A stretch of 64,000 nucleotides of DNA from Bacteroidota bacterium (GCA_037132075.1 JBAXPV010000012.1:31744-95743); one strand, 5' to 3'; shown: positions 29,417 through 37,397, counted from the first letter of the stretch. Notes: generated by a model not told the origin, from the letters alone. Translations and numbers: made by a program.

Positions 29417-30367
29417 TTAGTTTTCCAGCATCAATTTTGCTTCAATTAGTGCAGTCAAATCATATTCCCCCCGGGCCTGACTGCCTCCACCGGATATTCT
29501 TTTCATCATTTCTTTGATCTGTCTTTTTCGGGCCTTTTTGTCATTCTGATTCAGTATTTCAGAAGGTATTTCCTTCAGTTTGAAATTGATTAATTCTTCA
29601 GCACTAATATTGAAATGCTTCCCTGCTTCTTCAAATGCCAATAGTATAATTCCACCGGCTGACAGTGCTTTTTTGTCTGTTGGTATTGGATTAGGTTGAG
29701 TTTTCATGATGCTTTCGTATTGTGTGATAAGATCAGATTTGCAATGCTGGTAAAAATCAGGATTTAGAAGATCATTGACCAGGATTTGAATCCCATTATT
29801 CAGGACCTTATATGGTTTGATATAATGGTTTTCCACCTTTAAATAATGCCTTTCCTTGTCATATCCATATTCATTAGTTAGAAAGCCCCGTATGCTATTA
29901 TTAAGCTTGTTTTTTATGTTTCTTCCAGCATCATAAAGCTTAAGGATTTGCAAGTTACCTGCAAAGATTTTAAAGTCAGGACTGATAGGCTTGGTTTTCT
30001 TTCCAGGGATTTCTAAATGGTGCCGGATCAATTCACCAGGCTTCACAAGGGCTTCTATAATGGTGCCAAATTCAAACTTTGCCATTTCAGCTTCCCAAAG
30101 ATTTATTTTCAACCTTCCTGTAATATCCTGTATGGAATGAATAAGGTCTTCCCGGGCAAATGCGAAGTTGTGACCCTGCCAGTAATAGGGAAGACTTCCC
30201 TTCACCTTCAGTATATTGTTTGGTACATTATGCCAAACCTCCATGTCATTGACCCCTTTCAGATAGTATTTTTCCCAGCCTGAAGAATAGCTTGCAGACA
30301 ATTGTAATTCATCAAAGCAAAGCTTATCTTTGTATAGGTGTTTGGTTATTTCAGCGTAATCAATCAT
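29417..30367 (-). CDS. hypothetical protein; possible rolling-circle replication initiator / Rep_trans-like relaxase
   Basis: 316 aa. KGSLPYYWQGHNFAF resembles the GS/N..K..QGHN.FG motif of phage/plasmid replication initiation factors. LKLYDAGRN and YLKVENHY resemble the YDK / R.E motifs. This is motif recollection only. Confidence 0.35.
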   Translation of the reverse strand: MIDYAEITKHLYKDKLCFDELQLSASYSSGWEKYYLKGVNDMEVWHNVPNNILKVKGSLPYYWQGHNFAFAREDLIHSIQDITGRLKINLWEAEMAKFEFGTIIEALVKPGELIRHHLEIPGKKTKPISPDFKIFAGNLQILKLYDAGRNIKNKLNNSIRGFLTNEYGYDKERHYLKVENHYIKPYKVLNNGIQILVNDLLNPDFYQHCKSDLITQYESIMKTQPNPIPTDKKALSAGGIILLAFEEAGKHFNISAEELINFKLKEIPSEILNQNDKKARKRQIKEMMKRISGGGSQARGEYDLTALIEAKLMLEN

Positions 30368-30406
30368 TCAATATCCAAAATAAAGCCCGGCATAAGCTGG
30401 GCTTTG

Positions 30407-30871
30407 TTATTTCAGTAGATTTTTTAGGTAGGGTATAACCTGATCCTTATGAAATAGCAGCCCCATGAAAATATGAATTGTCAAGGTCTGGAATTGATCA
30501 GAAGAATGAATGATCAAAAGATCCCCAGTGCCTTCTGTTTTACCATTGCCTGAAGTGAATCCGATATCACCATAACCTAAAAAGACAGGGAAATCGGGTA
30601 TTTCATATAGTGAAGAATGAATCCAGAATGGTTTACACTTCTTATAAATTGAAGTTTCTTCTTTTTTGAAGGTGCTTTTTACTTGGCCTGTAAGCTTTTC
30701 CAGGTGTCCCCGGCCTGTTTGCCTAATAATTGCAAATGTATTCCGGGTGATCCCAATGCGGGAAGGAAGTATTCCCCGGGTTCCACCTATCTGATAGTAA
30801 GAAGTGGAGGTGCCGGACTTCAATTCATATTCAAAATGAAGGTGTTTAGATTTCAGAAATTCAGCATTCAT
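30407..30871 (-). CDS. hypothetical protein (154 aa)
   Basis: ORF in the same orientation within the element. No recognisable motif. Confidence 0.5.
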   Translation of the reverse strand: MNAEFLKSKHLHFEYELKSGTSTSYYQIGGTRGILPSRIGITRNTFAIIRQTGRGHLEKLTGQVKSTFKKEETSIYKKCKPFWIHSSLYEIPDFPVFLGYGDIGFTSGNGKTEGTGDLLIIHSSDQFQTLTIHIFMGLLFHKDQVIPYLKNLLK

Positions 30872-30883
30872 TCAAATATCCAT

Positions 30884-31156
30884 TTATTGTTTGATATAAT
30901 TCTTTTCCATAAAGGCCTCTAAATCTGAACTTTTTACATAGATCTTACGGCCAAACTGTGAAAAGGGAATGATTTTCTTATCCCGGTAATCCTGCCAGGT
31001 CTTCCGGCAAACTCCCAGGGTTTTCCGGGCTGTTTCTGATTGAATCCATTGATTCACCAGGGCTTCTTCCTTGTTTACTGTGATTGCTTCTTTTATGGAA
31101 GCCAAATCAGAAAAAAGCTGATTAAGTTTATCTTCCTCAATTACAATGAAATTCAT
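30884..31156 (-). CDS. excisionase-family helix-turn-helix DNA-binding protein
   Basis: 90 aa. The C-terminal half (WIQSETARKTLGVCRKTWQDYRDKKIIPFSQFGRKIYVKSSDLEAFM) has the HTH_17/MerR-like excisionase pattern. Confidence 0.7.
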   Translation of the reverse strand: MNFIVIEEDKLNQLFSDLASIKEAITVNKEEALVNQWIQSETARKTLGVCRKTWQDYRDKKIIPFSQFGRKIYVKSSDLEAFMEKNYIKQ

Positions 31157-31315
31157 TTTTGTATGGTTTTGGTTTACCGTACAAAGTTAATTCCGGTGTT
31201 ATGGGATAAGGGAACAACCTGAATAGCTCACTTTTGAGGTATTCAGGTTCCCCCTGAAAATGAAGTGTTTAGAAAAATTCTTTAATCTTATGGTGATATG
31301 AAAGCCTGGGATTGT

Positions 31316-32041
31316 CTACCTATATTTATTTAACATCTTAACCAAGTAATCATTTTCACTTTTATATTGCAAATCTTCATTAAAGGGTTCAATTACCCCG
31401 GCAATCACAAAAAGTTTTCCTGCAAAGGTGTTTTCTTGCCTGTCAGATAGATCATTTAATGTATTGAATGGTGAATCATTAAGAAATTTCCTCAACCTTT
31501 CAAAGGTGTCTCTTATAAGATTTCCATGAATTGAATCTTCAGCTCCCCTCATTCTTTTTGAAAATATCTTTAATTCCTGTGTTCTTTTTGTTCTATTAAT
31601 CAAGTCTGAAAGGCTTTCCATTACTTTTTCAATGGATTTATAATTTTGTAGTTTTGTTGACTTTGCAAATTTGGTTCCTGTCTTTGGATTACCTGAAAAT
31701 TGAATGGATGTGACATTATTATCTTTGAAAAATTCAACAAGTTTATATAGCTCAAATAATTGGTTCTTAAATACTTTTTGACTATTTATAAAATCTTGCT
31801 CCCTTGCCTTAGCCTCAATGCTTTGTTCCCTCCAAACTTTCACCAGATAACTAAAGTTGTCAATTGCTTCCTGATCATAAATGTTGAATTCTGTAAGAAG
31901 ATCTTTCACCTGATCATGGTGCTTTTTGTAAATTGTTTGCTTTTCCCATGTATATTCAGGTAGAGTATTTGAGTCAAAATAAAAATAATTTGTAAGTAAC
32001 TCAAAATGAACATTGATAGCAATAGTTTCTTCCTGGTTCAT
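31316..32041 (-). CDS. hypothetical protein (241 aa), translationally coupled to the integrase
   Basis: ATGA overlap with the integrase stop. Helical and charged, with no recognisable motif. Confidence 0.55.
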   Translation of the reverse strand: MNQEETIAINVHFELLTNYFYFDSNTLPEYTWEKQTIYKKHHDQVKDLLTEFNIYDQEAIDNFSYLVKVWREQSIEAKAREQDFINSQKVFKNQLFELYKLVEFFKDNNVTSIQFSGNPKTGTKFAKSTKLQNYKSIEKVMESLSDLINRTKRTQELKIFSKRMRGAEDSIHGNLIRDTFERLRKFLNDSPFNTLNDLSDRQENTFAGKLFVIAGVIEPFNEDLQYKSENDYLVKMLNKYR

Positions 32042-33318
32042 TTTTTAATTCTTTTAGTAGTGCCTTTACTTTGAGCTGATTCCAGGGCCTTATCCATATC
32101 GGAATTTTCAAAGCCCCTCAGATATTGCTTAGTGATTGATACAGAAGAATGGTTCAATAATTCTGAAATCTGGTCTGTACTAAGACCCTTTTCATTTTTT
32201 GCCAATGAAGCAAAGGTATGCCGGGCAATGTGAAAACTCAGGTGCTTTTCTATCTTTGCCAGGGGGGCAATTTTCCTAAGATTCTCATTGATTTGCGCAT
32301 TTTTACTGGATATCTGATTGAAAAGGTGTATCCGGTCTGAATAATCCTTCCCATTATCCAGTAATGGGAAAATGAAGTCTTCAGCTTTGGAATCTTTTTT
32401 CTTATATAGCTTTAGAATTGCCAGTGCTTTTGGCATTAATTTAAGGTTTACGGGCTTATCATTCTTGTCCATGTAATAAATAAGCCTTCCCTCAATAACA
32501 TTCCTCCACCTTAATTTAATGCAATCTGAAGCCCGGATTCCGGCCTGATAGAAGCTAAAAAGAAACATATTCCGTGAATGCCAGATCAGGGAATTTTCCG
32601 GAAGGATCAATTCTTCCATTTTCTGGATTTCTTCCCGGGTAAGCTTGTCTTTGTTTACAGTGGTTTTCTTAATCCTGTAACTCAAAAAGGGTGAATCCTG
32701 GGGTTTGATCTTTTTTTCTTCAATTGCATCATTGAAAAGGGCCTTAATGAATCCCATATTCTTGTGAATGGTGTTTGCCTTGTTTCCTAACTGGCTTAAA
32801 TGAGACTCAAAATCCTTAAGGAATGCAAGGTCAATATCAGAAAAATGCAAATCATTGAAGCCCTTTTCATTTGTGAAAGTCTTCAATTTGTTGAAAATGA
32901 TAGAATTGAAATGCTTTATAAAACTGTAACTGTACTTTGTGGAGGTGCTGAAATACTGGTGCTGTCTTTTGGCAAAGGCATAGAAATCCTGTGAATCAGG
33001 GCTTACTATGGATTGTTTGACATTGTTAAGGGTGAAGGCTTGTCTTTTATTTTGAAGCTCCATGAGGGCTTCCTTTGCCACCACTATATTATCTTCCAGT
33101 GATTTATTGAGTTTGGAATATTCCGGATTTGAAGACCTTATCCAGGCTCCATACCGAGCCTTTTTATTAAAATCAGCTTCCCGGACTGATACCCCCAGTT
33201 TCATCCTTTTGTGCTTCCTGTTTTGGGTCATGCGAAGGAAGACTTCTTGAAGCCCTTCACTGTCTGGCTTGTTATTCAATTCCAGATTGAAGGTTGTGTT
33301 TCTTGTTTTCATAACCAT
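32038..33318 (-). CDS. site-specific tyrosine integrase (Bacteroidota type with N-terminal arm-binding domain)
   Basis: 426 aa with catalytic-domain motifs (GIRASDCIKLRW..., HIARHTFASLA, LLNHSSVSITKQYL). The start is at 33318 or 33312. Confidence 0.9.
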   Translation of the reverse strand: MVMKTRNTTFNLELNNKPDSEGLQEVFLRMTQNRKHKRMKLGVSVREADFNKKARYGAWIRSSNPEYSKLNKSLEDNIVVAKEALMELQNKRQAFTLNNVKQSIVSPDSQDFYAFAKRQHQYFSTSTKYSYSFIKHFNSIIFNKLKTFTNEKGFNDLHFSDIDLAFLKDFESHLSQLGNKANTIHKNMGFIKALFNDAIEEKKIKPQDSPFLSYRIKKTTVNKDKLTREEIQKMEELILPENSLIWHSRNMFLFSFYQAGIRASDCIKLRWRNVIEGRLIYYMDKNDKPVNLKLMPKALAILKLYKKKDSKAEDFIFPLLDNGKDYSDRIHLFNQISSKNAQINENLRKIAPLAKIEKHLSFHIARHTFASLAKNEKGLSTDQISELLNHSSVSITKQYLRGFENSDMDKALESAQSKGTTKRIKK

Positions 33319-33352
33319 TCATTCAATATCCGCTTCAAAGATATGGTAGAAT

Positions 33353-33383
33353 GGTTTACTGAAACATTTTACTGAAACATTTT
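33353..33383 (+). repeat. element-internal repeat GGTTTACTGAAACATTTTACTGAAACATTTT (right copy)
   Basis: Direct-orientation partner of 28203..28231. It lies 35 nt upstream of the integrase start. Confidence 0.7.
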
Positions 33384-33492
33384 CTACTTTTTATTAGCTT
33401 TTTTTACACTTCAGTACTTTTTCAGTTTACATTTGCCCCTGTTTATAGGCTGTTTAGCTAACACTGAAAATATTGAAATATAGAAGTTGTAT

Positions 33493-33507
33493 TCCCCTAC
33501 GCTCCAC
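33493..33507 (+). repeat. attR core (duplicate of the tRNA-Ala 3' end)
   Basis: TCCCCTACGCTCCAC, identical to 28134..28148. Confidence 0.8.
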
Positions 33508-33513
33508 AGATTT

Positions 33514-33581
33514 GAATGCAAGAATGTGGGAGGGCGGGAATGTTTAACAGCATTCTCGCCCTCTTGCATTCTGGCCTTTTT
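33514..33581 (+). terminator. hairpin plus T-run, probably the original tRNA-Ala terminator displaced by the insertion
   Basis: The arms GAATGCAAGA...GGGCGGGAATG and CATTCTCGCCCTCTTGCATTC pair with one 8-nt bulge. They are followed by CTGGCCTTTTT. Confidence 0.4.
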
Positions 33582-33588
33582 GGATTAA

Positions 33589-34371
33589 TCAATACAAAGC
33601 AAATTTTACCGGCATTGAAAACTGAACCTTCACGGCAATTCCACCTTGCTTACCGGGTATCCACTGAGGCATCATTTTAACAACGCGAATAGCTTCTTCG
33701 TCGCAACTGCCCCCAATACCTCGGAGTAGCGTAACATCAACAACTTTTCCCTGGGTGTCGATAATGAAGTGGATATAAACCGTCCCCTGAATGCTGGCTC
33801 CTTTGGCAATTTCCGGATAATTAAGATTGTCATGCAGAAAACGAAGGCGTGCCTCTTCACCACCAATAAACTGTGGCATTTCCTCAACAATAAACGGGAT
33901 GCTGGCCGGCTCTGGCGGAGATTCAATCTCTTTGGGAATCTCAATCGGATGCTCGTTGATCGGGAAATCGTCAAGGCCTGGATTGATCGTATTCTTATTA
34001 ATTTCTGACATATCAATGTCATCGCCAGCATTGACCGGATCATCAGTAATGAGCGGTGTGAAAAATTTGGCCCGGGCATTCATCAACTCAACAGGCGGGG
34101 GTGGCGGGGGCGGAAGTTCCAATGGAGGCTCATTCAGCGGGCTTAACTCTACCGAGATGATTGTCTTATCTTTGATAAGCTTCCTTTGATGGTAATAACT
34201 GGCGATCAGCGGATAGGCCAAACTCATTAACAGGATGGCAATCGAGATTGCTGTGGCCCGGTTCAGCCTTGAGGCATAATGCCTGCGGATCTCATAGGCT
34301 CCGTATTCCTTGTTCCTGTCCTTAAATACGAGATCAACCAGGGTTTCGGTTTGTTCTTTTGAGGTTTTCAT
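33589..34371 (-). CDS. energy transducer TonB
   Basis: 260 aa with an N-terminal TM anchor, a Pro-rich linker (LELPPPPPPPVEL) and a C-terminal TonB domain (EEMPQFIGGEEARLRFL...GTVYIHFIIDTQGKV). Confidence 0.88.
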   Translation of the reverse strand: MKTSKEQTETLVDLVFKDRNKEYGAYEIRRHYASRLNRATAISIAILLMSLAYPLIASYYHQRKLIKDKTIISVELSPLNEPPLELPPPPPPPVELMNARAKFFTPLITDDPVNAGDDIDMSEINKNTINPGLDDFPINEHPIEIPKEIESPPEPASIPFIVEEMPQFIGGEEARLRFLHDNLNYPEIAKGASIQGTVYIHFIIDTQGKVVDVTLLRGIGGSCDEEAIRVVKMMPQWIPGKQGGIAVKVQFSMPVKFALY

Positions 34372-34508
34372 GGCGGTCTTTATCTATATGATGCTCATGA
34401 CATTGGTTTTCCATAAATTGAATCTGTTTTTTTTATGGAAAAGCAGAAAGATGACAAATCCATTATCTTTGATCGTTAGACTTTGTCCTCTTCACGCGCC
34501 TGATCACT

Positions 34509-35114
34509 ATGAGTTGGTTTCTTCGTCCAAAATCTGAAAGTCAATACAGCAGCCTCAGCGATGAGCAGCTTCTGAAGAGTTTTCAGGGCGAGGGCGATGC
34601 TGAATGCATAGGGGAGCTGTTTAAGCGCTACACCCACCTGGTGTTGGGCGTATGTATGAAATTTCTCAAAGACGAAGAAGTTGCCCGCGATGCCGTGATG
34701 CAGATTTTTGGGGATTTGCTCGCAAAGCCTCCTGACAAAGAGGTATTAAACATAAAGGCCTGGCTTTTCGCTGTGAGCCGGAATTATTGCCTGATGCAAT
34801 TAAGGCATTTCCAAACAGAAGCCCGGATGAGGGATCAAAAGTTACAGGAGCTTCAGGCTGAGCTTATGGAATCACCCTCGGTGATGCATCTTTATGAGGA
34901 AGAAGAGGCACTGATGGCAAGGGAAAAGATTTTAAAAGCGGTGATGAAGCTGAATTATGAGCAACGACGATGTGTTCAGCTTTTTTTCCTTGAAGAGAAA
35001 ACTTACCAGGAGATCACAGATCTGACCGGTTACAACTTCAGGCAGGTCAAATCTTATATACAAAATGGGAAAAGGAATTTAAAAATGATGTTGGATCATG
35101 GATCATCAGGCTGA
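34509..35114 (+). CDS. ECF (sigma-70 family) RNA polymerase sigma factor
   Basis: 201 aa with region 2 (LFKRYTHLVLGVCMKFL...DAVMQIF) and region 4 (EEKTYQEITDLTGYNFRQVKSYIQNGKRNLK). Confidence 0.85.
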   Translation: MSWFLRPKSESQYSSLSDEQLLKSFQGEGDAECIGELFKRYTHLVLGVCMKFLKDEEVARDAVMQIFGDLLAKPPDKEVLNIKAWLFAVSRNYCLMQLRHFQTEARMRDQKLQELQAELMESPSVMHLYEEEEALMAREKILKAVMKLNYEQRRCVQLFFLEEKTYQEITDLTGYNFRQVKSYIQNGKRNLKMMLDHGSSG

Positions 35115-36033
35115 AACAAAAGGTATTTTTGATACCGCTGGCTGTCTCTCCCGGCAAGGCATCATGATGCTTTGTGAAGGGAAACTGGAAATATCGCAGC
35201 AGGAATCAGTGCAGCAACACTTAGCCGCATGCGAGTTCTGCAGCATTGCTGTTGAAGGATGGAAGCTATTGTTGGAAAAGCAGGATGTCGCTTCTTTGGA
35301 ATCCTTGACATTCAGCTTGCATACGAGTATTGATGAAAAAGTCAGGACCGAAACCAAAAGAAGGCATCGCCGGAAACTTTGGTTAAGGGGCAGCCTGATT
35401 GCCGCAGCAGCAAGCATTTCCCTGCTGGTCAGCTTTTATTTCATCCTGAGAAATGACAACCGGTTGGTTCAGGAAGATCTTGCTATGGATAAAACCGTTG
35501 GAGCAGGTTATACTGAAATGAACAGACCACCACTTGCGCCTATGGAGCAGGCCTCAAAAGTACAATTTACGGCACCTCAGGTTGTCGGGGATTCTGTTGT
35601 CGAAAGTAATTCTTTAAACCAGGAAGAACTTGCGGTAACAATTAATAATTCTACTGAAGAAAACCTCAGCGTTGAGGCAAAAGTCGAAGAAAAAGTCATT
35701 GAGGAAGAGGACAAGTCACCTCCATTTACTGTTGTTGAGGAAATGCCTTCATATCCCGGGGGTGAAGAAGTCCGTCTTAAATTTCTCCAGGAGAATATCC
35801 AGTATCCGCAGACAGCAAAAGAAAGTGGTATCCAGGGAACTGTTTATGTTTCTTTCGTGATCGATACGAAGGGTAAGATCAGTGAGGTAAAAGTCCTGAG
35901 GGGTATTGGTGGCGGATGCGACCAGGAAGCAATACGCGTTATTAAACTGATGCCATCCTGGCTAGCAGGCAAACAAGCCGGTAAACCGGTAAGAGTTCAG
36001 TTTACGATGCCGATCAAATTCACGCTTAACTGA
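35098..36033 (+). CDS. anti-sigma factor (zf-HC2-like N-terminus, 1 TM) fused to a TonB C-terminal domain
   Basis: Overlaps the sigma gene end by 17 nt. It has an H-x3-C-x2-C motif (HLAACEFC), a TM segment (GSLIAAAASISLLVSFYFIL) and a C-terminal EEMPSYPGGEEVRLKFL...GTVYVSFVIDTKGKI. Confidence 0.75.
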   Translation: MDHQAETKGIFDTAGCLSRQGIMMLCEGKLEISQQESVQQHLAACEFCSIAVEGWKLLLEKQDVASLESLTFSLHTSIDEKVRTETKRRHRRKLWLRGSLIAAAASISLLVSFYFILRNDNRLVQEDLAMDKTVGAGYTEMNRPPLAPMEQASKVQFTAPQVVGDSVVESNSLNQEELAVTINNSTEENLSVEAKVEEKVIEEEDKSPPFTVVEEMPSYPGGEEVRLKFLQENIQYPQTAKESGIQGTVYVSFVIDTKGKISEVKVLRGIGGGCDQEAIRVIKLMPSWLAGKQAGKPVRVQFTMPIKFTLN

Positions 36034-36291
36034 TCAATAATGATATCTGCAGCTATAAATCAAAAGATCATTTCCTAGGATTTGGTAAACCAGCCGGTGT
36101 TCTCTATCGATGCGCCGTGACCATAATCCAGCCAGATCATATTTTAGTGGTTCCGGCTTGCCCCGACCTTCATAAGGTGTTCGCTGAATTTCCTTGATCA
36201 GTGTATTGATTTTTAAAAGTATTTTCTTGTCTTCAGCCAGCCATGAGAGATAGTCTTCCCAGGAATTCTGTGAAAAAATAATTCTCATCAC
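36034..36291 (-). CDS. yoeB: type II toxin YoeB (Txe/YoeB family)
   Basis: 85 aa with SWEDYLSW...GKPEPLK..L.G.WSRRI..EHRLVY...L.I..CRYHY. Confidence 0.92.
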   Translation of the reverse strand: MMRIIFSQNSWEDYLSWLAEDKKILLKINTLIKEIQRTPYEGRGKPEPLKYDLAGLWSRRIDREHRLVYQILGNDLLIYSCRYHY

Positions 36292-36542
36292 TCCCCAATT
36301 AAATCCTTCTCCACAGTATTCCCTGTCTTCATCTGTCGTATTGATTCATATAGCCTGTCGGCATTTGCCTTTGAGCTGAGCAGATGAACTGTCTCCTGGA
36401 TAGAGTTAAATTCATCTAGGGAAATCAGGACAGTTCCATGGCCTGAACCTCTTTTAATGATGAGGGTTTCATTGTTATTCTCCACATCATCAAGATATTG
36501 CTTCAGCTTCGTCCTGAACTCAGTAAAATTAGCGGCTTTCAT
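36288..36542 (-). CDS. yefM: type II antitoxin YefM (Phd/YefM family)
   Basis: 84 aa with a 4-nt overlap with yoeB and a Phd/YefM-like N-terminus (FRTKLKQYLDDV...ETLIIKR). Confidence 0.88.
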   Translation of the reverse strand: MKAANFTEFRTKLKQYLDDVENNNETLIIKRGSGHGTVLISLDEFNSIQETVHLLSSKANADRLYESIRQMKTGNTVEKDLIGE

Positions 36543-36596
36543 GTTTTAAGTAATTAATTGAGTACAAATGTACGTACTTAATTAATTACTTAAAAC
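36543..36596. promoter_or_regulatory. 54-bp near-perfect palindrome spanning the yefM promoter; candidate YefM-YoeB operator
   Basis: 23-bp arms GTTTTAAGTAATTAATTGAGTAC / GTACTTAATTAATTACTTAAAAC with 1 mismatch. The 8-nt spacer holds a - strand TACATTTG -7 box (36565..36572). GTAC cores are present. Confidence 0.55.
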
Positions 36597-36610
36597 AATA
36601 TTGAAAAATT

Positions 36611-37324
36611 TCAATAAGATCCACAGCAAGGATGATGATTCTTGAAAAAGACATCAAAAGCAAGGCCGGCAGTGAAACCTGAAGAAGATTCTTTGCGGTT
36701 GGGAACGCTGGAGTCTTTATTGGTTCTCATGCCCCAGTCCAGTCCTGCATAGAAATTCAAGGCGGCGCAATGGCAGCATAAGGGAAGATCCGCACCAAGC
36801 ACAGCAGACATTTGATGTTGCTTGTATTTGTCCTCATAGGAAGTCGTACCATATTCACTTTTATTTAAAGAAGAACCCATGCTATAATCCACGCTTACAT
36901 ATGGTTGAAATGGGGCAACGATACTATTCCCTTTCCCGATTTCAGGGTAATACCTTGCCCAAAGCCCATATTGCAATGATTTTTCCTGTGACGCTGAATA
37001 GGTCGAGCCGGAGCCTGAATGAGACTTGCTGTGAGTATAATTAATTTCCGGACCCACAGCAAGTCGGTTAATTGGAAAATAGCCAGTACAAATATCGAAA
37101 CTAAAGTTATTGTTTTTTTGGCCATTCTCTTTCACTTTCCAGCTGTCAAATGTCAGCGTGGGTTCGGCCATTACCATAAAATTTCCCTGCTTAAGATATT
37201 TATCCGACCAGGGCAGGCTATCACGCCGGTGTTCGGGTTTATTTGACGTTAATCCCATATTATTTTGTGCATTGACTCCAAAAGCGATGCACAAAAGGCA
37301 CATTAATAAAATTAGCTTTTTCAT
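36611..37324 (-). CDS. small outer-membrane beta-barrel protein with a Cys/His-rich tail
   Basis: 237 aa with a signal peptide (CIAFGVNAQ) and alternating beta-strand pattern. GLAFDVFF would be a typical terminal strand. It is followed by KNHHPCCGSY, and an internal LCCHC is present. Confidence 0.65.
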   Translation of the reverse strand: MKKLILLMCLLCIAFGVNAQNNMGLTSNKPEHRRDSLPWSDKYLKQGNFMVMAEPTLTFDSWKVKENGQKNNNFSFDICTGYFPINRLAVGPEINYTHSKSHSGSGSTYSASQEKSLQYGLWARYYPEIGKGNSIVAPFQPYVSVDYSMGSSLNKSEYGTTSYEDKYKQHQMSAVLGADLPLCCHCAALNFYAGLDWGMRTNKDSSVPNRKESSSGFTAGLAFDVFFKNHHPCCGSY

Positions 37325-37397
37325 GGCTTTTCGTTTTTAATGAAACACTTTATTTCAGATATATAGGTAACAAAGTATGATCATTATTGTTTGAAAA

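Larger units (their letters stand above)
28134..33507. mobile_element. integrative element of about 5.4 kb inserted in the 3' end of tRNA-Ala(GGC)
   Basis: Bounded by the 15-bp direct repeat TCCCCTACGCTCCAC (28134..28148 and 33493..33507). A tyrosine integrase lies at the distal end and an excisionase-like HTH protein is present. All genes are on the - strand. Spot counts of single 60-nt lines give about 22-35% GC inside the element versus about 50% in polA. Confidence 0.8.

Noticed and set aside
28134-33507. Integrated filamentous (inovirus-like) or microvirus-like prophage
   Set aside because: The size and the possible Rep protein fit. However, there is no Zot/pI-like P-loop ATPase, no small hydrophobic coat-protein ORFs in a row, and no large jelly-roll capsid gene. 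It was kept as a generic integrative element instead.
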